NCBI GenBank assembly: GCA_001949185.1
Contig: BDGG01000004.1
Coordinates: 2,670,912-2,734,911 of the forward strand
DNA: 64,000 nt
From: Ramazzottius varieornatus
Lineage: Eukaryota; Animalia; Tardigrada
Direction of reading: 5' to 3'
Part shown: positions 1 to 17,200 of the stretch, in pieces
How the letters are laid out: each line of letters starts with the position of its first letter
Position numbering within the stretch: the first letter of the stretch is position 1
Program-made: the position numbers and the translations under genes
The notes under the pieces: model-generated
The model's database searches: none
What the model was told of the DNA's origin: nothing
The model's input: only the letters and a program-made list of their open reading frames with translations

Positions 1-874
1 TTACGTACTCAGGAGAAGACATTTTATCGCTCACGCAACCTCCCGTCAATCAGCACAGCACTTGTGCCTATGAACAACTTTTTTGGCACGGAAATATGTG
101 CTTATTATAGCCCTTTCTTTGGACTTTGAAAAGCCTGCTGCGGTGCTATGAAACCACATACGCAAAACGCTGCTAAGCTTACGCATGAGTTTCAAATCCT
201 GCAAAGGTTGTGGTTCGGATACCACATCGTTCCCGTTTTCAGCACAGTCTTTCGGGAGTAGAGTTCACAGCTCGGGGTGTTCTGTTCGATGCTTTTGGCG
301 ATGGCATCCCGCATGAACCAGAAAAGGCAGCAGTTGAATGTCTTGCGGCCATTTTGAATAAGCGGTGCACTGAGTGAACTCTTAGTGAACTCTGTCTGCT
401 ATCGCGCCTGCTGATTATATCCAGAAGGATCCACAAAACTTCGAAGTGGTCTTGCGACCATTTAAGTTTCTGGTAGCTTTTTGGTAGATTTCGCAGTGGG
501 AAATAAGGACAATACGGTCAATTCGGTAAGGAGGCGTGGTGTCAGTTACTGTTACGCCCACTCCGCCAATTTGGGCTGCCAGACCCGGACGTTATTTACT
601 GTGGTCCATGGTTGAAAGACTGACGAGCCGGGCTGTGAGACCAAATACGCTGGACATCAACCGATAGTGGAACCGCAGTCTAGAATCTGCAGTAAGATAT
701 GCTGCAAAAGTCGATCGACCAATCATAATTGCTACTGCTGATTTGACGGTGGCTGCAAACCAAGTCACACTTCCGTCAGTCTTTTTATTTTCCCACTTGT
801 GTTGATGGTGTCAACCTTCTCCAGGTATCCGCAGTCCGATCGTCTCTGTCCCAGGAAGTAGCCCGTCAGCGAAG

Positions 875-3086
875 ATGCCGCTGACCAAGCGTTTGGTGGA
901 GCCTGTCCATGTGAGTCGGGAAAAGATTCCTCATGGAGTCCAGAACGAGCTGGAGTTCGTCACGAACAACACTCTCGCTAATGTCATCCTGCAACTCAGC
1001 AGCCTCAGCAAGCATGCAGAGGATATGTTCGGAGAGCTCCAGGCAGAAGCTGCTGGCTTCATCGATAGAGCGTCTTCCGTACAGAACAGGATCAACCGAC
1101 TATCCGTCAAGATTCAACAGCTGGACTCTAACGTGGAAGAAGGTATGAATGCCAATATTGCCTATGTACATCATAAGCTAGTATGTGATGCATACTCTGC
1201 TTTACTAACTATTCTTGTTGATCTTCCTTACAGTCACTCTGCAAGACATCAGCCTGAAGAAGCAGTTCCGCAGCGCGAATGTGTGCGACGATCGTGTGGT
1301 GTCACGTCACACCATGTCCAACGCGATGAAGGAGCTCTATGATGACTGCGATGCTCCTCCACCTCTCGACAAACTGAATCCATACAGGTACGTTCCTTGC
1401 TAAGAAGACGGAGCTGCTTTCCGCCAGTAAGACGTGGATATTGATGTGTATGGGACGTTGACGATCAACATTCCGGAAAATAACCCGGACATAGTAGCTA
1501 TCGAACGTGATAGGAAAGCAGGATGTCTCGCTGTTATGTACTGCTATACTAATACTTATATTATCGTAGGACGGATGGGAGGGAAGGGTTGAAGTTCTAC
1601 ACAGATCCCGACTACTTCTTCGATCTGTGGAAACAGAAAATGTTGGATGTTGGAGACCGATCCCGGCACGATCGCGCACGGAAGGTACGAGACGTTACCA
1701 TTGTCTTATATGAAACAGCGTAGCCTTTGTAACCGCATTCGGTAACGTCGTTTCGTTTGACGCATGGGCTTTTCTCTTATAGCCTGGTCGGTCGCGAGCA
1801 TCTAGCGAAAACAGAGCGAAGAAAGCCGTCAGAGAACCTCAGGATCATCGCGAGCAGATGCGGGCCAAAGTGATGAGCCAAGAAGCCATCTACTCGACCT
1901 CACCTGTCCAACAGTACCCTGGACCACAACAGCCACCGATGAATGTCAAGTCTAGTTATTCCTACGATCAGTACAATATAGCTTTACATAATATCCCCGC
2001 AGCAGCTGCAGCAGGGAACTATGACATGAACAAGTATGGCACGATCCGCAGTCAGACGCGCCCAGGAAAGCTCGATCTCGCTCCCGTGTACGATCCTAAC
2101 GCTTCCTCGAGCAGCCTTGGGGAAGTTGTCCACATGGTCGACTACCGAGCACCGGCTAACATGGCAGTCCAGTCACCTCCACCGACGGTGTCAGAAGCCA
2201 TGACGCGACAACAGAATACCCGAGGAACCCCTACACGACCCAGTCAACCGCCGCCTGCGCCACCCTCAACCGGAAGTGGTAGCCCAATGTAAGTAAATCA
2301 AGCCAGTCTTACATGCTCTTACCCACCGGTTTCAGTTACTACGGCAGTATAACCGTTTTGCTGTTTGAAGGTCGAGATTCACACCGACTCCGGGTCGAGA
2401 GATTCTTCCTCCTCCGCCACCTGAGATGCAGATCAGGCACTCACCGACGCCTCCACCGCATCACGACTTTCCTCCACCACCCGGCATGGAGAGCTCCGCA
2501 CAATACCGTCAAGCTGGACCTGCTGCTCCACCACCGCCACCACCTCCTCCGATGGGAATAATTCCTGGTCCTGCCGGTCTGCCACCACCTCCAACGCCAA
2601 CCACATCGAACGCCTCGCGGCCAGCGGAGGTCCAGGTAAGTTTCCTTCCAATGCCCTTATAACTGCAGTACTCTGGTTCACTTGATTTTTGTTAGGCTTT
2701 TAATATTGTATTTCTGTCAAATAGTTGACTTTTGGATTGTAGCGGGAAGCACTAACGCAGCAAACTCCAATGAAAGTCATCAATAACACTATGGTCGATG
2801 CCCGCAGTGATCTGTTGGCTGCCATCAGGAATGGTGAGTGGAAACGGCGGGTACAACAGCAAGAACAGCCAGCGTTACCTTCGTGGTATTTGCTTTTGCA
2901 GGTATAAAGTTGCGGAAGGTCGAAGAAGAACAGGCACAGCAGTCAAAGAAGCTGGAACCCGGAAAGTCGTCGCTGCACAATGTGGCTGAGGTGATGCTGC
3001 AAGCAAGAAGGAAAGCCATGCAGTCGGACACCGAAGATGACAGTTCACCGGACAGTGGTAGTGAGTGGGGAGAGGGACATCCGTAA
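875..3086 (+). CDS. SCAR: WAVE/SCAR family Arp2/3 activator (multi-exon)
   Basis: N-terminal WAVE homology domain ([10 protein letters not shown]...[31 protein letters not shown]; [13 protein letters not shown]). Polyproline tract, WH2 ([21 protein letters not shown]), then central and acidic C-terminus with Trp ([11 protein letters not shown]). GT-AG introns. Confidence 0.95.
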
Positions 3087-4041
3087 GATTCGGTATACTG
3101 ATTAGCTTCCATTATGAAACAGGTAAATCATGTAACTACAGACACTTACGGGGTACGTGTTCTTATCGCCGCTCTTGAAAGTGTTGCTTCCGGCAGGTTA
3201 TCTTCAGACATGGTGTGAATGTTTTTTAAATTCCTTTACACAATTTTACAAAAGTTCCTTTTCTGTTTTGATCGTGGTCTTATCGAGGTCCGTAGCTACC
3301 TGTTTTGAAATGCTATTATTTTTCTAAAGTAAAACTTTGGACCTTGGTAAAGAAAATCAGCTCGATAGGTGGCGCACTGCAGATGCATGCCAGCTGGCAT
3401 TCCTCCCACATCGCAGACACCAGTGTGGAAGAAACGCCTTCTCCCGCCCCTACTTCCTCCGCGTAGTATACATATATATGTCTATAGCAGCTGTCCAAAG
3501 GTGGGAGAGAGGCTAACAGCTTGCAGGAGCATTCTGCCTTCTATGGAATCTCGTTTTGACGTTTCAGTACAGCTGAAGTGGGACAGTGGTCGAATCGGTG
3601 TTTGATTCCAGTAGTCGGGGGCACAGTCCAGTATCACGTGCATGTTCAGCTTCACCATACTAAACTCAGGCAAATGTCTGTTTACACATTCAGGTCAAGC
3701 GTCCGGTGCAGCCGTAGAGTTTACGGACCAGTACCGAAATAGGCTTTCTTCTGCATCACCTCAAAGCGGATATATTGCTCCAGTATTTTATTTGCGAATG
3801 CTATTTTTAGCCGATGGTTTTATGAAGTGGCTCCTGCGGATCCGTTCAAAAAGTGCCATTTATCCAACAGGTTAAACGTTAAGCGATGTAGATTGAAGTG
3901 GACATTTGATTACTGCCGTAATTGTCGCTGGGAGCTATAGGAGGTCCTTCAAGTCCACATTTCGGCCGATATTACTGCCCTGTTGACTTCACTTTGGTGG
4001 CTTTGAGGTGCACCGACACGGATTAACGATCTGTCTTAAAG

Positions 4042-6977
4042 ATGTCTGAAGAAAAGCAGAAGATTGGCATGGGCATAGACTGCTTACTGCACCGCGTGCG
4101 TCACTTGGAAAATTACCTGCATAACTTGCCCATGAACAATAGCGTGGACAGCCATAAGGTCCGCCAAGCTGATGAACCACTCTCGGCTAAACAAGCGTTG
4201 CTAAACCATCTGGTAAGCTACGCAACTCACTTTGACACCAAGTACCCGTTGGTTATCGATGTTGAACATGGTCAAGTCGACGGATTCGAGCACACTTTGT
4301 GCAGTGTAGCGTGCTGGTTGATACGATAATACTTCCCGGTGAATACAATGTTTGTATGTTTTGCACTACCTTCCGCAGGAAGTGCAGAGTGCTATCGAGA
4401 GACTCGTTAATGCTCTCGCCGGGCTCCGTCGTCAATGTGAGAAAGACTCGGCTGTCGTCGTATCGCAAAATAAACAAGCAAATAAGGCAGCTGGCGATGA
4501 TTTTTTCTGCTTGGACCAACCCGCAGGCGAACTTTCCATGCGCAAAGTGGTGCGCTTGGAAAAGCGACTGAAGCATTGTTGGCTGCGCTCGTTGGAATAT
4601 CAGTTCTTGCTGGAATCTTTCCTCGAACAAGTCGACCCAATGACGGTAAGGACCCTTTTCTCGTAGAAGATATTCGCTTTTGTTATTTTGGTGATGAATA
4701 GGCATTATCTACTTTCTGAAGGAATGCAACGGAGACCAATGGAATGAACTGTCCGACGATTACCATGCTCTTGGAGCTCACTTGGAACCTTACCAAAAAC
4801 GCAAAAGATTTTCTTTGGACCAGAAGAACGTGCATACGGTCGCTACTTTCAATGGTCAGACCGTCGGTACGCAGTCAGAGATCAGTACGAAAGAAACATC
4901 AGTGGGAAGCACTTACTGTTTCCAGTCCGCCACTTTACGCAAGACCTATCCTGACATTCTGACATCGACTCCTGTATCGCTGATGTCTAAGGGGATCAGG
5001 AAAAGCCAGTGTAGCAACCGAAGTCCGATGATGAACCGGGACAGAGCGCTGACCGGAAGTCGAGGTCGACGAACGGCTTCTCATGCGTTGTGCCAGTCTA
5101 CACAAAGGTTCCATACAGAGTACTCCATACGAAGGCGCAAAGTGGTCTCGCGAGCCGTTGCTAGCTCCAGCAAGAAGCGAACAGTTCTTCGAAATTTAGA
5201 CAACGATCGAGCGACCACTGGATATGATTCACAAACCACCGAAACGAGTGACTGTGAGTCCTTGCCGGAACACCGTGGCTTCCAACCTGCAGGTATGCCT
5301 TCCTTTATCACTGGTGCAAGAGGGACGATCGATACCGATGCTGTATTCTGGGACGACTACCAGGTAATAACTAACCTTCTCAAATTTGCATATCGATCTC
5401 GGGAAATGTCACGGGTGCTTCTTGTACTTTTAGGCTGCACCGTATTCCAGCGACGCCTATTCTGAGCATTCCATAGATGACAACTTTATTAGCAGAGTAA
5501 CGGATTTCGGTGAAGATTATTCGAAGATCCTGCCCACTAACTCGGAAACGCTTCCCGCGTTACCTTTGGGAGTCTTTTCTGGCGAGACTACACTGCTGCA
5601 GGCTACGGAGCAAGAGGTGGACCTGGACCAGATTGTGACCGCGCTACAAGTTCCACGCCCAAATCAGCATAGTTCTTCGGTATGTATTCGCACATAGTTT
5701 TTGTCAATCAATTATGCTTGTTATATTTAGTCTCTCAATTGCCTAGATTTTTTTCTGCAGACGATGCACGGAGATGCAGTCCGAAAAACCTTTTCAGTCC
5801 ATGGAAAGTCGGAGTATTGCGGCACACTTGTGAATAACCAGACAAGCTGGCTCTCTCAAGCGACGAAAACAGAGCAACTTATTCATGGTGAACAGCGGCA
5901 TCTTGTTTTTTCAAGTACCGTGTTGATTATTCATGTTACGAGTCAATGATATTTACGACCGTTTCTCTCTCTGCGCAGATCTGATACTTCAATGGAGAGA
6001 CTTTCATTCGGATCTGGAAAAACGACAGACTTGTGATATGCTCGGACGATGCGCCGATGAACTTCTACAGTCTGTCGAGATAGCACTCGACTCCCCGATT
6101 GCCATCCCGCGGCATCTATTGGAGGGCGAAAGGCGTTCGCATGGCTACTGGAAAGCTAGGAAAGATGCTTCCAGTTTGTTAACACTAGAATATGAGGTAC
6201 GCATCGGCGGTCGGCAGATGGAAATCCAGACACGGTCACTAACCTGCGTACAGTAAATACTATGTTTGGCTCACCAAACATGTATGCAGGACTATGCATC
6301 ATTGTTCATTGTAATTGTTTATTTATATTGGAGTTCGCTCATTCCCTGGTTTCAAATGGTACCAAATTTTTTGGGTGTGACGGTAAATTTATTGCTTGTA
6401 GGAGGAAGCAAAAGTTCTGGACTCACTGGAAGAAGATGTAAAGTACGTGGTGGAGCAGATTTCGGTGCAGCATGCGTCCGAATGTTTCTACTGCACGTCC
6501 ACTGGAAAAGTCGCGGCTCTCGTACAGAGAGCCTCATCGCACCTCCATACAATTGGAAGGATCCGCCAGAAGGTCCGAGAAGCCCTAGAAGCATGTGATA
6601 CCATCAGCCTGCCTGACTCCTCAGCCTTCACAGAACCAGTTTCCGGCATGATTGGGAAATGCGTGCAGACTGAAATTGTTCCGGTCGATTGTACCTGCAA
6701 TGCGTCCAGTCTTTCCGCAAAAAACAAAACCGTCGACTGCCCTAGAGACGAATTGTCCACCTCGTCCGGCAACACTTCTGCCGACAAAAGTACAAAATCT
6801 GTTTCCAGAAAGACGCACGGGTCGAAGTCTGTGGGTTTTGGCCGCTCTTTTATTGTTTGCACCATGGGCCTGTTTCTGATGTATTGCGCCACTTTCTTGT
6901 TGACGCCCACCTGTTGCACGTTTTCCACCCACAATTCTTTCTTCCAGCTTTCAACGCATGGCCACCCTCCATTTTGA
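4042..6977 (+). CDS. klar: Klarsicht-like KASH-domain outer nuclear membrane protein (multi-exon)
   Basis: C-terminal TM segment followed by a short Cys-containing luminal tail ending HGHPPF*, which is a KASH signature. Internal motifs RLEKRLKHCWLRSLEYQFLLE and, after splicing, WDDYQ-AAPYSSDAYSE...VTDFGEDY resemble conserved Klarsicht blocks as I recall them. Internal exon structure is approximate. Confidence 0.7.
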
Positions 6978-7322
6978 CCCTAATATGTCGTGCATCAGAT
7001 TCGAAACTTGGTTGTTTTAACGATGCTATTTTGTTACGTATGATATCATCCCGTCGATCGTTATTTAGCAGATTTCCCTGTTGTTGTGACGGCACCGAGA
7101 AGAAATATGGATCCAAGAAGCTGCACATTAAACTAAAACATAAAACTCAATTTCAGATACTAAAGGAGTAAAAGGACTAGACTCTCGGGCTCAAACTCAC
7201 AAATCAAAACTAAACAACTCTCCATGTAAAGAACCTACGTAAAATCTACCGGAAATCAGGAAAAACAGGGCTGCAAGTTCGTCTATCTATATATCATCTA
7301 TATACTAATAATCTGCGAGGAA

Positions 7323-9963
<2,641 letters not shown>

Positions 9964-11073
9964 GATTGCAGAGAGTAGATCCGAAGAATGAAGGTTATCG
10001 TCGTGCAGCTATTCAGAAGGATGTGAGGCTGTGAGCCAATCGCTAAAAATCGAGCAAGAAGACCGTCGACTTCAAATAAGTTCTTCCCAGTGCGGACTGC
10101 CAAGGGGAGCGACCTGCAACAGGAACAGTATCACACATAGCGTTCCAACATTCGCATGCTTCCATGCACTCAGTCATCAACTTCATATGCCACACTAATC
10201 TCCCGCAGCATTCTTCGTGACGTTCGGAGTAGATAACGGTAAACACACCTCTCAAGTAATGCAGTAGATAGGATATCAGTCAAGCCTTTCCGGCGTATGA
10301 GTCGCCTTCACCAGTACGCCTGAAGATTAGAAATAAGTCGAAGCAGTCATCGAGTCGGAAGTACTGCAGCGGCGAAGGGAATGACAAAGTAGTACAGTGG
10401 CGGATAGGATAAGATGGTTGGAGAGGAGGGAGGATTTAGGGATCACTTGAAAGAAACAAGTATTGCAACTGGGGACTATTCCCGTTTGTGAGAAGCATTT
10501 CGAGTTACCTAGCGGCAGAACCCTTCCACTCCAGGCGGTACACGACGTGCTATCCGCTAATAATCCGAAAACGAGAAAGGGGAACAAGGATTACTTTCCT
10601 TCCTACGAGAATGACAGATCATCCACCTGATTCAATCAGAGTCCCTAATTTGTCTCAATCAACAATCCAAACTCTATCATCTATGACGTAATGCTATTAG
10701 TAGGTTAGCCTTACACTTGGAAGATTGCAATTCAAAGACATGTCATACGTATGTAGAACCACTGTCATAATTCATAAACAGAAATCACAGAATCTATTCT
10801 AAGTTCTAACCATTACTCTGTTTTAACGTTCAGAGTTCTGACTTCAGCGTTTTACTGGAATCTTTTGACGACTCCGAAAAGATCTTTCTCATCAGGACCT
10901 TCTCCGCTGTCTCATTTATCTTCATCACGTACGGAGCTGTCGATCGTCTAACGATAGAACGCAGTGGATCACGGATACGTGGAGTTTCGTCTGCCACCGT
11001 ACGGAACATATTTTCGGACGGCGCGGATGGAGTAGCTCTTATAGGTACGAAAACAGTATTTCCAAGCTTCAGG

Positions 11074-13696
11074 ATGTCCGGATTATCTGGGTTGTTACCT
11101 TATGGAGACGAGGATGAAGAGGAGTCTCAGCCAGGCCAGTCTAACGCACCTTCAGTGAAACCACCTTCAGAGTCAGTGGTGCCTCTCCCATCGAAGATGA
11201 TGTCCATTGCTGTTCAAAGTGCGCCTGTTGTCCAGTATAAGGTAACCGTATAGTTTTGAAGAGTACTCCTTTTCTTGACGTGTTACGACTTACAGCATGG
11301 GTTAGAATATCTTACATTACAATCCATGTTTGCTTCAGAACGAAGGAAAATCATCACGAGCGATCAGCCTGACATCCAAGGAACTGGCATATAACGCCAA
11401 GTATGAAGATCTCTACGCACCAAAAGTAAGTCTGATCTCCCGGTTTTGAGCTCTGCTGCGTAAAGGAAGTTACAAGATGGATTTGATCTGTGACAGGTTG
11501 GACCGATTAACCCTTTTCTGTCGGAGAAGCAGATGGCGCCGAAAAACACCTTGACGGGTTTTGTCGAGCCATTCATCGGTAGCTCATTCCAGTTTGACAT
11601 GCAGCGACGAACATTCTCCCAACTGGGATACGCCATGGATCCTAGCCTTTCCGACAATGCGAAGAAGTTCATTGGGAATGCGAAAGAAGCTGAGAGACGG
11701 AAGGGTAGGTCGCGCTCAGTAACAGTATCTTTCCTGATAAAAAGTTTAAATTATGCGGTATTGTACATGAAAATATCGTAACATTACTGTAATTAGAATA
11801 CTTTCTGTCCATAGAAGACTCAATCATTGACATAAAGGAAACCAAGCTCACTCGGAAGCGTGCACGAAACGATAATCCGGAAGACATTGACGACTTTCAG
11901 GGACCATGGGCTGGATTCGAAGATGAGTCAACCGTGGCTAAACCATCCGCGGTAAGTGCCGACTAGCACCTCGACAAATTCCCACTAGTACTATCTGACA
12001 GACACTCGGTCCTAAGGCATATCGATTGCGTTTTACAGGAAGACATGGAGGAAATACAGGACTTCCTTGCGAAAAAGAAAAGGCGTCAACGGGTTCGGGA
12101 AGACAAACCACTCGAAGAAACAACACAGCTTCACCGTACGCAATTCACTTGCACAGTGGTTGGAAGAATATGCTATTTAGTTGATAAGTTTGTCCTTGTT
12201 ACAGTCAAAAACGCCTACGACTACATGGGTCGTTCCTTCCTGCACATCCCCCAAGATGTCGGAGTTAACCTTCGTTCGGAAGAGGCTCCCGACAAATGCT
12301 ACCTGCCCAAGTCTCTCCTCCATACGTGGTCGGGACACAACCGTGGTGTTTCTGCTATCAGGTGGTTCCCCAAGTCTGGACATTTACTTTTATCCGCAGG
12401 GATGGATACTAAAGTCAAGGTAGGTTCAAAGAGTGGCGATTTTCTCGTAACTGGGTGGTAATCTTCCTTTTGCGAACCGTTTTTTTCTCTAGTTGTGGCA
12501 AGTCTATGGTGACCGAGAGTGTGTGAGGACCTACACTGGCCACCGGCAGGCGGTGAAGGACGTTACATTCAACAACTCTGGCACAGTATTCCTGTCTTCG
12601 GGTTACGATCGCTGGATCAAAATGTGGAACACTGAAACAGGTATGGGTCTTTGAGGACATATCATCATTGCAGAATACTACTCAGTTCATCGAGGGTTTT
12701 TGTGTTGTACAGGAGACTGTACCGGTCGTTTCCAGTCCCCCACTCAGAAGACCGCCTACTGCATCAAATTTCATCCCGACGAAGACAAGCAGCACTTAAT
12801 CGTGGGTGGGATGCAAGACAAGAAGATCATATGTGTAAGTCAATTAGTGGTAATCGTTCGGCGAAACCTCGCCGTAATTGTAAGAACACTGACCAAAAAG
12901 AAGTTCGTGGTCAAGCAGAACTTCTGCGAAACATATTCTGCTGGCATTTCTAGTGGGACTCGCGGTCCGGAGAAGTTGTGCAAGAATACGATCGCCATCT
13001 GGGAGCGGTCAACTCGATCACCTTCATCGATGATAACCGGCGTATGATGAGCACATCTGACGACAAGAGTATCCGGATATGGGAATGGTACGCATGTGAT
13101 CATTATGTCGGAAGCAAAATACCCCTTGCTGTATCTTTTCTTGTTTAGGGATATTCCTGTTGATATGAAATACATTGCGGATCCTGGAATGCATTCCATG
13201 CCTGCTGCAACACTTGCACCTAACGGTACGTACGAAACTCTTAGTTCGATAGTTCTTTGAGTTGCTTCCGTAGTAAAGAGACTGACCGTGCGTCCTGTTG
13301 CAGGAAAATGGGCTGCCATGCAAGCGATGGACAATAAGATCAACATATTCGCTTGTCTCAACCGATACAAGTTCAACCGGAAGAAGACTTTTGGTGGTCA
13401 TCTGGTATCAGGTTATGCCTGTCAGCCCGACTTCTCTCCCGACATGAGGTGGGTCTTTGCTCGACACTTTCTTCCCTCAGTCTGAAAACTGAAGTATGTG
13501 ACCGCTCTTTTTTTGTAGTTACGTTCTATCCGGCGACGCTAATGGCCAGATCTTCATCTGGGACTGGAAGACCACCAGAATACTGACCAAGTGGAAAGCC
13601 CACGATCGATGCTGCATCTCAGTCTTATGGCATCCGCACGAACCATCCAAGGTAGCCAGCTGTGGCTGGGATGGACAGATCAAGTTCTGGGATTAG
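11074..13696 (+). CDS. CDC40: pre-mRNA processing factor 17 (CDC40/PRP17), WD40 protein
   Basis: Motifs [21 protein letters not shown]...[42 protein letters not shown] repeats ([17 protein letters not shown]; [11 protein letters not shown]; [11 protein letters not shown]), and the end [22 protein letters not shown]. Confidence 0.96.
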
Positions 13697-14295
13697 TCTT
13701 GTTCTAAGCTTCACGAAGTAAGGGCCTTCGATTGTTACTTTAACTGCGCTTTTTCACTAGACCGTCGTTTTTATGGCTTTGTTGTAGGTTGTTTCTCTGT
13801 TTCTAGTTTTTATCCGAGAACTGGATGTACACGACTAACGGTTTTTGCTGCTGACCTGGCTGTACAGTGTTTTCTTCTTGAAAGTCTGTACGTTACGTCA
13901 CGAGTAAAGATGGAAGGAAGTAAGAAGCGCTTCCATCATCGGTCGTCCCTTTGGCTTTTGGGTTTGTCAAGTTTATCTTTCCGGATACGAGTAGAAGCTA
14001 TGCTGGCTCTAAATTTAACTTGCGAAATACCCTTTCTTGAGATGAGCTGGCCTGGTCGAGGGACTATAAATAGCCGATTGCGGCATCGAAGCCGTCAGTA
14101 AGTGGCCGGGCTTGCTGAAACATGCCCGGTTGTGACTGTCTGATATCCGCTGATGCAGACCTTCACAGGGATCGCTTTTCACTTGTGTATGTATTCTTCG
14201 GGCAACTTGTAGGTCGCATATGTAAAAGATATCCTCCATCCATATAGTCGCGTCCGAATCGCGGCGCATGCCCAGCTCAAGTCGTTGATCTCATC

Positions 14296-17200
14296 ATGTT
14301 CCGCTACTGGCGGGAGCTACTGCGATCTTCCGCTCTTATTCTTCTCTTTTCAGTATTGTTCTTTGGGAATGCAGGAGTATCAGCACTGGGAGAAGATGTG
14401 ATCGAAGATGTCAACAAGCAAGGACTCGACAAGCTGCTAGCCGACCACGATTTCGTCGCAGTATTATTCTGTAAGTTCGCTCTGTGAAATGCCTCACCAT
14501 TCACTATGTCGTTGGAAATCAACAGAATGTAAGTTTTGTATCTCAAAAAATTTTGGGCGGCTTTGGACTCATGCTTGGCCACATACGGCATATAGGCGGC
14601 TGTCTTGCAATAAATCTGCGCGAGTTCGCCATGTCAGGTTGCATAATTCATGTTCAATTTGTCGGCGTCAGCAGCCGCTTATTGGAATGCCGATTAAGAG
14701 CAATGTCAGAATCTCTGTAAGAGTTGGCAACTTGTTCTTTTGCAAAGTAAAAGTTCCCAAGCTCAAGTTTAACGAACTTTTTAACGAGCGGAACAACTGT
14801 TCCATCGCACATAGTGAAGTACGGGTACTCTAACTCAGAATAAACGTTTGATTCTCTACCTTGCAGATGCTCCCGGCAGCGAAAGTGAGCTGGCACTGAA
14901 GGAACTGGAGAACATTGACGATGACTGTGACAAGTTTGAAATTCCATTTGTCAAGGCCAACGACAAGAAACTGGCAAAACAGTATGGCGTGGCGTCCTTT
15001 CCTGCTTTAGTCTACTTCCGGAATAAGCAACCAGTAATATACAACGGTCAGTTCCGAAACCATTACCGTCAGGAACAGCTCGATAACATGCTTTACGTGC
15101 AAACTTTTACCAGGCAATTTGCACGATGAAGAGAAGGTCTTGGACTGGTTGACGGGTATCGAAGGCTTGGAGGTCGCTGACGAGATTGAAGAGCTCAACC
15201 AGCAGCTGCTCGAGCGTCTCATCAATGAGGGAGACAATGTTGCTGTTCTTTACTGTAAGTTAGCGCTGAAACATCTTCCAGTCATCGTAAGCTGAAAACC
15301 AATTGCTTTTTCCAGACAAGGAAGGGGATAAGAAGTCGGAGAAGGTTCTACAGGAACTGGAGAATATCGACGATGAAGCAGACGCTCTTGATATCAACTT
15401 CGTCAAGGTTTCCGACCCTGATGTCATCGAGACCGAAGACTTCGCCGATGATTTGCCAAAGCTTGTGTTTTTCCGAAATGAGATTCCGTTGATGTACGAG
15501 GGGGATTTGACTGACGAAGAAACTGTATTGAAGTGGCTCACTAGTAACAAGATCGAAGGCGACGTCATCGAACATGTTGGCGGTGACATGCTGGACGACC
15601 TCATCGAGGACGAGGAAGACGTTGTGGTCCTGTTCAGTAAGCGCTCGCACAACACTGACTGCATTTCTCAATCGATGCAAGTGTTCGTACAATGTTGATT
15701 TGGTTTGTAGCTGATTCCACGGACAAGAGTGAGAAGGTCCTGAAAGAACTCGAAAACATCGACGACGACTGCGACAAGCACGGCATCCACTTCGTCAAGA
15801 CCGACGATAAGAAGCTGGCAAAGTCGTACGGTATCGACGAGTACCCCACTTTAGTCTACTTTGAAGATCAGATTCCCAACATGTATGAAGGTGAATACCG
15901 CATGAAAGTATGCTCGTGTTCAAGTGTTATCAATCTTTACTTGATGGTCAAAAGCTATACAGTACAAGAAGCCTAAGGACGATTTTTTGATGTTGGTTTC
16001 AGGCGATTTGATGACTGAGGATGCGGTACTAGCCTGGATCCTAAACCAGCAAAAGGAAGAAACTATCGAAAACGTGAACTTAGAAATTCTGGACAAAATC
16101 CTGGAGGACGAAGAATATGTTGCCGTATTTTTCTGTATGTGCCATTGGAGCTCGGCTCCTCACTTTCCATTGCCACTTTTTCGTCAGTTTTGTATTGATC
16201 TTTACAGATACCGATTCTGCCAAATGCAAAAACTGTGATGCGGTCTTGGCCGAACTTGAAAAAATCGATGACGAAAGCAACGAAGCCGGGATCCACTTTG
16301 TGAAGACCAACGACAAGGACCTCGCCAAGTACGCTTCAATAATCAGTTAAAAACGGATAACGGAACGTTACTATAGCTTTCGTCTACAGGAAATACGGAG
16401 TGAAGGGATACCCAAAGCTAGTTTACATTCGGAACAAGGAACCTCTTACATACACCGGCGACCTTTTGGACGAAGACAAACTGCTGGCGTGGCTAACAGC
16501 GGAAGAGCAAATGGATATTCCTGATCGGATCGACGACGTAAACCGCAAAGCCCTGATGAAACTGGTGAACGAATCCGGCTACGTCGCGTGTTTCTTCTAC
16601 CGGAAGAAGAACTGTCCGGACTGCGATGTCATCCTCCAAGAGCTCGAAAACATCGACGACGATTCCGAGAAGATTGGAGTGGACTTTGTCAAGATCGAAG
16701 ATGAGAAGTTTCTGAAGGAATTAGGCGGGAAGAAAGCCCCTGCGCTGGTGTACTTCCGGGACCAAGTTCCCAGCCTTTACACTGGTGACTTGAAGGACGA
16801 AGATACTCTGCTGAAATGGCTGGTAGATGGAAAAGAAGCCGATGACGAGATCGAGGATATCAATCGGGGCAGTCTTAAGAAGATGATCGAAAACCAGAAG
16901 TTTGTTGCTGTCTATTTCTACGGGAAGAACTCGGCAGAGTCCGATGCGGTGCTGAAGGAACTGGAAACGATTGATGACGAGTGCGGTCAACATGACATTC
17001 AATTCGTCAAGACCTCAGATACGGATGTGGCTGTCGAGTACGGTGTCACGACAGTTCCCGCTTTGGTTTACTTCGAGGATGGCTCACCGAGCGTGTATGA
17101 AGGCGATTTGAAAGATGAGGACAAGGTGCTTCAGTGGCTGCTACACCAAAGGCACGAGGATACGATCGATAGTCTGAATAGGGATATGTTGCAAAAGATG

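Noticed and set aside
1-462. Possible minus-strand gene divergent from WAVE
   Set aside because: Splice-like signals and a short open frame exist, but I could not build a consistent start or recognise a domain, and it is truncated by the window edge.
3316-3875. Cluster of short ORFs between WAVE and the KASH gene
   Set aside because: No coherent exon chain or domain; consistent with UTR and promoter sequence.
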